Source: an uncultured Nitrospiraceae bacterium
GTDB taxonomy: Bacteria > Nitrospirota > Nitrospiria > Nitrospirales > Nitrospiraceae
Reading direction: 5' to 3'
Assembly: GCA_963846575.1 (NCBI GenBank)
Contig: CAWJWJ010000002.1
Span: 2,560,001 to 2,624,000, forward strand
Length of the DNA stretch: 64,000 nucleotides
The position numbers were made by a program, and so were the translations under genes. A model generated the notes under the pieces. It had not been told where the DNA came from. It saw only the letters and a list, made by a program, of their open reading frames with translations, and did no database searches. Shown in pieces: positions 1-8,098 of the stretch; the stretch's first letter is position 1; every line of letters begins with the position of its first letter.

Positions 1-89
1 AGAGGAGAGACAGAACCGACCACCATCGTGTCATCGCGCTCATGGTGTCCTCCTAGGGCTGGCGTGGGACCCGCTGCGAGGTCCGTCAA

Positions 90-719
90 TCAGGCTCGCA
101 CGAAGGAATTCGTCTCGCGTTCCCTTTCGATTTCCGTGTCGGCTCCATGTCCGGTCACCACGATCGTTTGTCCATCGAGCGTGTACAGGCGCTCTTTGAT
201 CGATTGTTCGATGGCATCGAAATCGCCCCCCCATAAGTCGGTGCGACCGATCCCACCACGAAACAACGTGTCCCCGGCCAACAACAGCTTGGCCTCGGGA
301 AAATGAAAACACATGGAGCCTGGCGTATGGCCCGGCGTGTGTAACGCAATCGCTACCATGTCACCCACCTTCAGCCGCTCCTCGTCGCTCAGCCAATAAT
401 CCGGCTGAGGCGCCGGCACATAGGGCACGCCGAACATGCGGCATTGCGTCTCCAGAATGTCCCAGAGGGGACGATCGTCGGGATGCAGGCACAGCACCGC
501 ACCAGTGGCCTGCTTTATCGCGCCGGATGCGAGAAAATGATCGAAGTGCGCATGGGTGTGCACAATGCTGACCACCGTGAGGTCGTAGTCATGCACCTCC
601 TGCAGTATACGCTCGGGCGCTCCGCCCGGATCGACCACGATCGCCTGCTTGCTCACCGGATCTCCGATAATCGAACAATTACACCCGAGTGGCGGCACTG
701 AAAATGTTTTTCTGATCAC
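90..719 (-). CDS. MBL-fold metallo-hydrolase (glyoxalase II/YcbL-like)
   Basis: THAHFDH metal motif, TPGHTPG, GDTLF, GRTDL and GHG motifs; 209 aa. Confidence 0.9.
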   Translation of the reverse strand: MIRKTFSVPPLGCNCSIIGDPVSKQAIVVDPGGAPERILQEVHDYDLTVVSIVHTHAHFDHFLASGAIKQATGAVLCLHPDDRPLWDILETQCRMFGVPYVPAPQPDYWLSDEERLKVGDMVAIALHTPGHTPGSMCFHFPEAKLLLAGDTLFRGGIGRTDLWGGDFDAIEQSIKERLYTLDGQTIVVTGHGADTEIERERETNSFVRA

Positions 720-771
720 GCGTTCCCCTCAGAGACACATTGAATCACAATCGCCTCCCTCAATGCCCCGG

Positions 772-1437
772 TTAGCGAAGCTCCCTGGGACTGCGGTCGG
801 TTTGAGCAATCCAGACCACCTCGGTATCGGAAAGCTTCCAACCGGCTTGGTGACGCACGAACCAGATCAGAAAACCGGCCCCGGTTCCATCACGTCGGTA
901 ATTGGCCACATACAGTAATGCCTGATCATCTTTCAGTGTCCGCCCCACCCGGGAGAACGCCAGCCGGTCGATCGTCTCCAACTGACCTTCGAGGTCCTGA
1001 ACCGGCCTGGCGACCGGAACTACCAGCAGACCCGCCTCGGTTTCCGGAACCCCTTCGCCGGACACGAACCGGTAACGCACGCCAAAGGTAAACCGGGTAT
1101 CAAGTCTCGATGCCTGTTGATTCTTGAAGACAAAATCACGGACCAGGTCCTTTGGCAACCGGCCATCGAACCACCCTTGCCCGGTCAACCACGCGATGGT
1201 CGGCGTCGAAGTCTGATCGGGATGAAGCCGCGTCGTCGTCATCCGCTCGAGGACCACCAATCTGGTCTGTGACGTCAGGAACTTCGCATCGACCGCCAGA
1301 TCATAAAGGGGATATTCGTCGGCGGGAACAGACATGGAAGCGGGCTCTTCCGCCAAGGCTTGAGCGACTACTACGCCCGTCGACGGGTGGAGCAGTGCGA
1401 TACTTAGCAAGAATACACGCAGGCGCCAGGAACACAT
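772..1437 (-). CDS. Hypothetical exported protein (~221 aa)
   Basis: Distal part of ORF 772..1746. ATG at 1437 is followed by a signal-peptide-like segment and preceded by a sigma70 promoter; the longer ORF start would overlap the divergent gene. Confidence 0.65.
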   Translation of the reverse strand: MCSWRLRVFLLSIALLHPSTGVVVAQALAEEPASMSVPADEYPLYDLAVDAKFLTSQTRLVVLERMTTTRLHPDQTSTPTIAWLTGQGWFDGRLPKDLVRDFVFKNQQASRLDTRFTFGVRYRFVSGEGVPETEAGLLVVPVARPVQDLEGQLETIDRLAFSRVGRTLKDDQALLYVANYRRDGTGAGFLIWFVRHQAGWKLSDTEVVWIAQTDRSPRELR

Positions 1438-1443
1438 GAGGAC

Positions 1444-1472
1444 AGAATAGCCGCTTGCTTCACTGTGGTCAA
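1444..1472 (-). promoter_or_regulatory. Sigma70-like promoter, probably leaderless
   Basis: TTGACC-N17-TATTCT-N6-ATG(1437); no SD sequence. Confidence 0.6.
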
Positions 1473-1546
1473 ACCGTCGTGGACGCGATTGATGATGGAC
1501 AAGGGGGGGCCAACTCTGGTAATGCTCTGACGGTGTTACCCAAACT

Positions 1547-2281
1547 ATGATCAACGCTCGCCAGCGATCGTTCTCGCCTCTTCTCAGCCTCGCAATACTA
1601 TCGTGGTGTGTCGGGTGCACTCCGGACGAGTCTCCCTTTCGGCAGGAAAACGAAGGCCTGCGGAAGCAACTCGCCAAACAGGAGTCGGTCATGAACTCGC
1701 TGCAGGACGGCAACAAGGTCATGCAGCAGCAGATCGATCTGCTCAATCAAGAGCTGCGGGATGCCCGGAAACAGGCGGAGCATGCGCAGGCGGAAGCGAA
1801 AGCGCTCGGAACGAAATTGGAATCCCAACTTGCCGAGTCCAAGAAGTTATCAGGAGAAATCCAACGGACCGCGGCCAAGGCGGCCCAGGCCGTAGACAAT
1901 ATTCGTGTCGAGGAGAAGGCCTCGCAGGTGGAAGATCTGCCTCGCCCGTTGGCGGCCGTCGGAAAAGCTGCCGAGGAGGCCCTCGCGCGGAACGGCTACC
2001 ATATCAGGGTCAGCGTCAAGACCGAGCAAAAAGCCGTCTTCGTCACTGAACGTAAAATCTCAACCCCGGCTTCGCTGGAAATGTCGGGGTTCCGTAATCA
2101 GTACGTGGTATCTCTCCACGCGTTGCCGGCCAATGTCACCCGACTGAGCGTCAAGGCAGACTTTGAAAAGTTGGTGCAGGGCGGGCGGGTCTCGCAAGTC
2201 AATGCCGAGGAAACGGCAGACATCGAACGCCGGCTCATTAATGAAATAGGAAAAGCCCTTTCCTCCCCGAGTAAGTTATGA
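1547..2281 (+). CDS. Putative lipoprotein with long coiled coil
   Basis: Signal peptide with lipobox-like CVGC, heptad-rich Q/E/K region; ATGA overlap with next gene. Confidence 0.75.
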   Translation: MINARQRSFSPLLSLAILSWCVGCTPDESPFRQENEGLRKQLAKQESVMNSLQDGNKVMQQQIDLLNQELRDARKQAEHAQAEAKALGTKLESQLAESKKLSGEIQRTAAKAAQAVDNIRVEEKASQVEDLPRPLAAVGKAAEEALARNGYHIRVSVKTEQKAVFVTERKISTPASLEMSGFRNQYVVSLHALPANVTRLSVKADFEKLVQGGRVSQVNAEETADIERRLINEIGKALSSPSKL

Positions 2282-3216
2282 GGCTGCGGCCTCGGGTCCT
2301 GCCGAGAACGGCATCCCTCATGCGTTGCACGGTCCTCGTTACCCTGCTCCTGGTTTCAGCAGGACACTACACCGCCTTTCCCGCCACCGTACGCGCCCCC
2401 ACGCCGCCCGCCACGCCGGAGTTGGCCGCGCATCTGGCCTCCATCACCGCACTGGCCGTCAGCTCCCCCACCATCCGGATTCCCGCAGGATCGTTCCTGC
2501 TCGGCAGCGTGCGGGTGGATGACGATCCCTATGGGAAGGAAACACAATTCGACGATACCGAGCTGCCGCAACACCGCGTGTGGCTGGATACCTACGAGAT
2601 CGATCGCGACGAAGTCAGCCTCGGCGAATATCTAACCTACCTTCACAAACGCAAACTTCATCCCCCGGTGGAATTGCAAAAACTGATCTGGCACGTCATC
2701 ACCGTCCATTCCGTCGAGGACATGACCTTGGCACAATGGCCGGCCCTCTACGTCACCTGGAAAGAAGCCGACGGCTTCTGTCGCGCACAGGGCAAGCGAC
2801 TACCGACTGAGGCAGAGTGGGAAAAAGCGGCGCGCGGACCGGACGGGAATCTCTACCCCTGGGGACAGCAACTGCCGGACAGTTCGCTGGCCATGTTCGA
2901 TCAACACCATGTGCATGAGATTCCCATCCTCGCTGCCGTCAGCGACGGGGAAGCGGGGAAGAGCTACTACGGCCTGCATCACATGGCGGGTAACGTGGCC
3001 GAATGGGTCAACGACTGGTTCGGCTTCGATTATTACGCCTACATGCCCGAACGCAACCCGCCTGGGCCGACGAGCGGGCGCTACAAAAGTCTCCGTGGAG
3101 GGTCCTGGAAGAGCAAGCGGATCATGTTGAGAACCGCCACCCGCAGCGGCTCGCGGGCGAATCAACGCTCGGCTACGGTGGGGTTTCGTTGCGCCAGGAC
3201 GGTCTCCGCGCACTGA
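2278..3216 (+). CDS. FGE-sulfatase (SUMF1/EgtB/PvdO) fold protein, exported
   Basis: RLPTEAEWEKAARG, YPWG, MAGNVAEWV, RGGSW and GFRCA motifs. Confidence 0.9.
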   Translation: MRLRPRVLPRTASLMRCTVLVTLLLVSAGHYTAFPATVRAPTPPATPELAAHLASITALAVSSPTIRIPAGSFLLGSVRVDDDPYGKETQFDDTELPQHRVWLDTYEIDRDEVSLGEYLTYLHKRKLHPPVELQKLIWHVITVHSVEDMTLAQWPALYVTWKEADGFCRAQGKRLPTEAEWEKAARGPDGNLYPWGQQLPDSSLAMFDQHHVHEIPILAAVSDGEAGKSYYGLHHMAGNVAEWVNDWFGFDYYAYMPERNPPGPTSGRYKSLRGGSWKSKRIMLRTATRSGSRANQRSATVGFRCARTVSAH

Positions 3217-3280
3217 TGGACCATTCCTGCTCGCCAGGCCTTTGGCGAGTGGAGATATGGAGACTCGGGGCGCGTCAGGA

Positions 3281-4405
3281 TCACGCACACCTCATGATGA
3301 CCTCCGACAGAAACGCCATAGATTGCTCTGCCGTTCGAAAGAGTTCCGGAAAGTGAACCAGGAGCTGCTCCTGCAATTCAGGCAGCGTCCGCTCTCCGTT
3401 CAATAAACCCAAGAGAAAATATTCTGCCCGCCCCTGGTCGGACATGCGGGGGGTCGTATCGGGCAGGAGTTTGTGCCGCTGCTCCGGCAGTTGTGCGAAT
3501 CCGTAGAGCGTCGATTGCGCGAAATCCCTGCCATTGGCTTCGATGTGCCAGTTCCAAACCGAGGCATTGTTGTCCATCGACAACGACACTCTGATGCCGG
3601 TTCCCCGCTGAACGAAGACAGGCGTTTCAATAGGAAAGAAGGCCAGTCCCCAGTGAGATTCTTCCGAAGGTGCGTTGGTCAAGGAAAGCCCCGGCAAGAG
3701 GTCGGCCACGAACCAGCCCGCGAGACCGTGCAACCATCCTCGTCTGCCTGCGAAGTAGGAGGCTCGGTATTCGAAATCAGCGCGGTCGGCCTGCGGAAGC
3801 AGCACCTTCTGGACTTGCCGTGGCTCGGACAGGAACGCCTGCTGGTGGAGCTTGAGCGGATGGAGGTTATTGGCGGCATACCGGCGTACCGGAGAATAGT
3901 CGACACCTAAGGGACGATTGGCCCAGAAATCGACCATGTGTTGGTAAAAACCAGGCAGTTCAACGGGAACCATGAAGAGTTCCAATGAATGCGGGATGAT
4001 TTTGCCCGCGGGTTTGAGGAACCGCTCCCTGGCATCAATCACTGAGCCCAACATGCCTTCGTCAAAACCGAACGTGCCGATCGTCTCGGTCAACAGCACG
4101 TCCGTCTTCTCGGGAAGGTCGACACGGAACGACGTGTTGTTGATGAAAACAATACGATCTTGAAAGCCGTTCTGGAGCGCCACCTGCCGGGCGATTTCAA
4201 TGACCTCTTCCGACTCGATCGCGTAGACTTTTCTCGCACCGGCCTGGCAGGCAAAAAAGGAGAGCACTCCCGACCCGCATCCAAGGTCGACGACGACATC
4301 ACCCGGTCGCACCGTTCGAAGAATGGCTTGGCGGTAGCGCTCGACACGAACCTGATCCGTCAGCATGGACAGGTTGTAGTTCACGAAGTCCGTGTATTTC
4401 ATCAC
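3281..4405 (-). CDS. Protein-arginine-methyltransferase (PRMT)-like class I SAM methyltransferase
   Basis: MLTDQVRVERYRQAI, VDLGCGSGVLSFFA-GARKVYAIE, double-E loop ETIGTFGFDEGML, ARERFLKPAGKIIP, SHW loop; SD-like AAGAGG upstream. Confidence 0.85.
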   Translation of the reverse strand: MMKYTDFVNYNLSMLTDQVRVERYRQAILRTVRPGDVVVDLGCGSGVLSFFACQAGARKVYAIESEEVIEIARQVALQNGFQDRIVFINNTSFRVDLPEKTDVLLTETIGTFGFDEGMLGSVIDARERFLKPAGKIIPHSLELFMVPVELPGFYQHMVDFWANRPLGVDYSPVRRYAANNLHPLKLHQQAFLSEPRQVQKVLLPQADRADFEYRASYFAGRRGWLHGLAGWFVADLLPGLSLTNAPSEESHWGLAFFPIETPVFVQRGTGIRVSLSMDNNASVWNWHIEANGRDFAQSTLYGFAQLPEQRHKLLPDTTPRMSDQGRAEYFLLGLLNGERTLPELQEQLLVHFPELFRTAEQSMAFLSEVIMRCA

Positions 4406-4480
4406 GGTGCACCTCTTTTACCATCAAGAGCTGAAGGTATGAAGCGAGTGCAGGGCGTAAAGAAGCACGAGTTGCGCGGA

Positions 4481-4509
4481 ATCATATGCCGATGAGGGAA
4501 ACGGTGCAA
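4481..4509 (-). promoter_or_regulatory. Sigma70-like promoter of the PRMT-like gene
   Basis: TTGCAC-N17-TATGAT, with the -10 about 75 bp upstream of the start. Confidence 0.55.
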
Positions 4510-4613
4510 GACCCTAGGGCGTTTTCCCGATTATTTCACGGGGTCACCCTGGCGCCTCCGGCAGGCTTTCAAGTTCCACGCCATCATGGCCAATTCCCGT
4601 TGCAGAACAAGGC

Positions 4614-5744
4614 TTATGGCGACTTGGTCGAAGTCGGGTGAGAGGCCACTTCGTGAGAAAACCTCCTGGCCAGGCACATGTCAGCGACGGCCAGGCATTC
4701 CAACCCAAATGGAAGATACCCGGCGTAACCCAGCAGCGGCATATGAAACAATTCAAACCGTTGCACGAAAGGCACCGTATATTCCCAATGAGCAAGACTG
4801 TAGAAATTCCATAGTTCCCAAAAGAATCCACAGATCAGCGCCGCAGGTGCCATGGCCCACAAGAGCCGCCGGCCGGTGGTATCCGTGGCATCAAAAATAG
4901 TCGGGTCACCCCGTATCAGCTGAATCGCGATGATCAGCAGCAGCGGCGCCACCCACACCAGAAAAAACAGATAGTCCGGCCATAGACCGAGTCCCAGCAG
5001 TCCGCCGGCCGCCCCACCCAATAGTCCCCACCCCCACCTCGCGCGATGGTTCAATACAACTGCTGGACCGGACTCGGGCCCCACTGGAATTCGTCGGGAG
5101 GTAGACAGGAGTTCAGCCGTGCCGAGCACGGCCGGCAAAACGGTGGCGAAGGGCAACGTCGCTTGCCACAGGTATTCCCAGGCAGTCAGCTCCTGGCCTC
5201 CCAGATAGTGCCAGTTTTGCACAAATCGATTCAGGTACTCGAAAGACCACCAAAAGGCAGCGCTCAAGGGAAAGAGCGACAGAAAATAGCCGGGACGATG
5301 GCGCATCATGCAACGGCCAATCCGACGACACGTCAGCGCATTCACCACGACAATGTAGCCCAGCCACAGCGGGGTAAATGTCAGGGATTGAACGGAGCGC
5401 ATCCATTCAAACCTGGTCCAGGCCAGTACCCAAGCGAAGAGCGTCCAGACAACCGCCAGCCATCCCCACCAGGGGAATGTGCCCTCTGCCGGTTTTGCAA
5501 GGGTAAAACGAGAGGTGAGACGCGAACGGCTGGCGAGATAGATTCCAATCACGCCGGCGGTCACCAGTGACAGGCACGAGAATGCCAACCAGGAAAATGG
5601 TTCATGAGTAACGGGGTGAGTGATCGGAGGGAACTCGAGATAGGGCTGGGCAGACCGTCCCGCGAGCCAGATGCCAACCAGTGGAAACAGAATGATCGCA
5701 ATCAAGACCAGCACGATGGTCATACTGCGTCTGTGCCGATGCAT
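4614..5744 (-). CDS. Multi-pass integral membrane protein of unknown function (start uncertain)
   Basis: About 9-10 hydrophobic segments; duplicated W..E..N....WxY motif (WWSFEYLNRFVQNWHY / FFWELWNFYSLAHWEY); MPLLGYAGYLPFGLE. Confidence 0.75.
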   Translation of the reverse strand: MHRHRRSMTIVLVLIAIILFPLVGIWLAGRSAQPYLEFPPITHPVTHEPFSWLAFSCLSLVTAGVIGIYLASRSRLTSRFTLAKPAEGTFPWWGWLAVVWTLFAWVLAWTRFEWMRSVQSLTFTPLWLGYIVVVNALTCRRIGRCMMRHRPGYFLSLFPLSAAFWWSFEYLNRFVQNWHYLGGQELTAWEYLWQATLPFATVLPAVLGTAELLSTSRRIPVGPESGPAVVLNHRARWGWGLLGGAAGGLLGLGLWPDYLFFLVWVAPLLLIIAIQLIRGDPTIFDATDTTGRRLLWAMAPAALICGFFWELWNFYSLAHWEYTVPFVQRFELFHMPLLGYAGYLPFGLECLAVADMCLARRFSHEVASHPTSTKSP

Positions 5745-6002
5745 GGAAATTGTTTCACCCTGCGACATGGTCGGACGATTCACCGAAATAGGCGGACGCC
5801 CAGGGGACAGTTTGTCCTCCCCGGACAAGATGCGCGTCGGAACCGTACGTCCCTTCCGTCGATTATTCAAGACTGTGGTTTGTAAATGTATGGAACTTCG
5901 ACGGATCCTGGCCCCGATGATTCGTCTCACATTCCAGGCTCGTTGCTTGAAGAGCAGACGGACGGGCGCTTCGTCTTTGTATCAACGGAAAAAGGAGGTG
6001 GC

Positions 6003-6296
6003 ATGATGAGGCCTTTCATCCTGACCGGCTTTCTCGCTCTATCCGGCATAGCCCTGTCAGTTGTGGACCCCGGGAGCAGCCTGGCTTCGCTGGCCTACAC
6101 GCGGGTGAGTATCGAGGCGGTCGATGAGGCAGCTCCCAGTGTGACCTTCAGGACAACCGAGGGCCAAGTGTGGACACTTCCTGCCAGCTCGGCTGATATC
6201 CTGAAAGGGCTTCGAAAAGGTGATACCTGCAGCGTGGAACTGGATCTGGACAACCGAGTCACCAAAATCGTGCGGGTGGGCTCCCCTTCACCGTAA
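6003..6296 (+). CDS. Small exported hypothetical protein (beta-rich)
   Basis: AAGGAGGT SD before ATG 6003; signal peptide. Confidence 0.7.
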   Translation: MMRPFILTGFLALSGIALSVVDPGSSLASLAYTRVSIEAVDEAAPSVTFRTTEGQVWTLPASSADILKGLRKGDTCSVELDLDNRVTKIVRVGSPSP

Positions 6297-6398
6297 GTGG
6301 GACCTCGGGCTTGGCGCCCGGAATCGAAAAATGTTACACCAAGGTCGTTACACCACAAACTAGTATTAACTGGTCGAAACTTTTACAAGAGGTGCTCC

Positions 6399-6893
6399 AT
6401 GTCACGATCATCGGTTCTGTGTCTGGCCGCGGCCTTGTTAACTGGCGCCATTCTGAGCGCGCCTCTCCACGCACAAACGAACGCTCAGTTGATAGAGAAC
6501 GGCTCAAAGGTCACACTTGAAATGACGATCAGCGTGCCCAGCGACCGTCTCATCATTCCCCCGCATAAAAGCGAATATACCCATGGCGCCAACCAGCTGA
6601 TACCAGGACTGGAACAGGCCCTCACGGGGCTGCATGAGGGTGATAAGAAACGGATTGAACTGGATGCGGACCATGCCTTCGGTCAGTACGACGCCAGTAA
6701 AAAAACCACCATCTCCCGCGCCCAGCTTCCGCAAAATATTACGGCGGGAGAAGTCACCGCGACTCCGGAGGGCCGTCCCTTTACGGTCGTTTCATTAGCA
6801 GACGATTCCGCCGTGATCGACTTCAACCATCCCCTTGCAGGGAAACAAATCGTGCTGGATGTGGTCGTGCTCGCCGTGAAGCCGCGCGCGTAA
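6399..6893 (+). CDS. FKBP-type peptidyl-prolyl isomerase, SlyD-like, with signal peptide
   Basis: LIPGLEQALTG, AFGQYD, IDFNHPLAGK; AGAGG SD; signal peptide ending in LHA. Confidence 0.9.
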   Translation: MSRSSVLCLAAALLTGAILSAPLHAQTNAQLIENGSKVTLEMTISVPSDRLIIPPHKSEYTHGANQLIPGLEQALTGLHEGDKKRIELDADHAFGQYDASKKTTISRAQLPQNITAGEVTATPEGRPFTVVSLADDSAVIDFNHPLAGKQIVLDVVVLAVKPRA

Positions 6894-7309
6894 ACCCATC
6901 ATCGGCTAAGCCGGGCGGAACCATCACAAATGGTTCTGCCCGGCCTTTCCGATTTTTCCGGTTTCTGCTCTGCCGCCTTCCGTGAATCTCATAGCTTGAT
7001 GTTCGATACACAGCACTGGGAAGGCACCGCGCGGGGGTAGCTTCCGCTGCCAAATTCGTTGTGGTGCCGAAGCTGGAGAGGTCGAGAACGCCATTCAGCC
7101 CGGAGTCCGTCATTACCTCAGCGGCACGGGCCACACCCGTTGTTGTAGAGACTCCGGGAGCGCTCGGAGGATGTCCGGCGGTGTCGATACAGGCGGGGAA
7201 GTGCGAATCGGGATTGTCCGTCCGTACCTCCTCCCGTACGGTGGGCTTCAGTCACAATGTGCCGGCTGGATTGGAATACCGATCAGAATCGGTCCCCGTC
7301 TCCGTACCG

Positions 7310-7747
7310 TTACATCCGGCCTTCATCAATTTCGATCACATCGGCCCAGGTGGCTGCGTGGGGGAGAGAGGCCAGCGGCAGGCCGCGCTTCGTCGCGATG
7401 TCCTGGAGACGACCCTGAAAACGCTGCTTGGCCGCGTCGTCTTTCGGACCTCCGGTCAGGAGCCCCTGGGACCATTGCGCGATCTCCTGGTCGGAAGGAT
7501 TCCGTCCGTTGGCCTTGACCCAGGCTAACAACGCCTCATCGCTCCCGCCTGTCAACACCTGCGCCTCAAAGGCCTTGGCATCGATCTGCAAAAAGTCGAT
7601 CAGGTACTTATCAAACCCGACCGTGACGTAGTTGTAATCCTGAATCTTGCCCGCGTGCCGCAGGCGGACTTTATCGATAAATCGCCCGAGATGCGCGATG
7701 CCGCCAAGGAGCACTTTGGGACTGCGGGGGTACTGTTGGTTCGACAT
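7310..7747 (-). CDS. DUF5069-family protein
   Basis: YPRSP..LGGIAHLGRFIDKVR, DY.Y, C-terminal W.D.IE.DEGR pattern recalled for this family; AGGA SD before ATG 7747. Confidence 0.75.
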   Translation of the reverse strand: MSNQQYPRSPKVLLGGIAHLGRFIDKVRLRHAGKIQDYNYVTVGFDKYLIDFLQIDAKAFEAQVLTGGSDEALLAWVKANGRNPSDQEIAQWSQGLLTGGPKDDAAKQRFQGRLQDIATKRGLPLASLPHAATWADVIEIDEGRM

Positions 7748-8098
7748 CAATACAATCCTTCTCAAACCTTTTCAAGATGAAACATGAAGTGGCCTGTATT
7801 CTCTACTACGGAGGATACCCCCTCCAGCTGCTCTATCAATTCGGCCCCCTGCGAGCCGCTCCTCCCTCGACATCGTGCCCAGATCAGGGAAGGCGGACTG
7901 TGACTGACGTACCGGTTTTGTTTCATGAGCGTACCGCAGCTCGTGACTTCGTACACGTTACCTGCCTGTCGTGGAATGAAGAGGTTGCACTTGAAGACTA
8001 CGACCTAAAGAATTCCAGAAGGCCCATGTCAGTCAGTAGGAGAAAGCGGTGCGCTGCGAGCGCCGCAGACGGGAGAGAAACTGACTCATCGGTCAGGT

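Noticed and set aside
1438..1746. N-terminal extension of ORF 772..1746
   Set aside because: It overlaps the divergent lipoprotein gene; the promoter and signal peptide point to ATG 1437
7010..7030. CACTGGGAAGGC resembling a cobalamin riboswitch B12 box
   Set aside because: Other conserved elements were not seen, and there is no downstream co-oriented gene
7748..8098. 350-bp gap between gltD and the DUF5069 gene, including ORF 7777..8193
   Set aside because: The ORF overlaps the gltD end in antisense and lacks motifs; no clear structure
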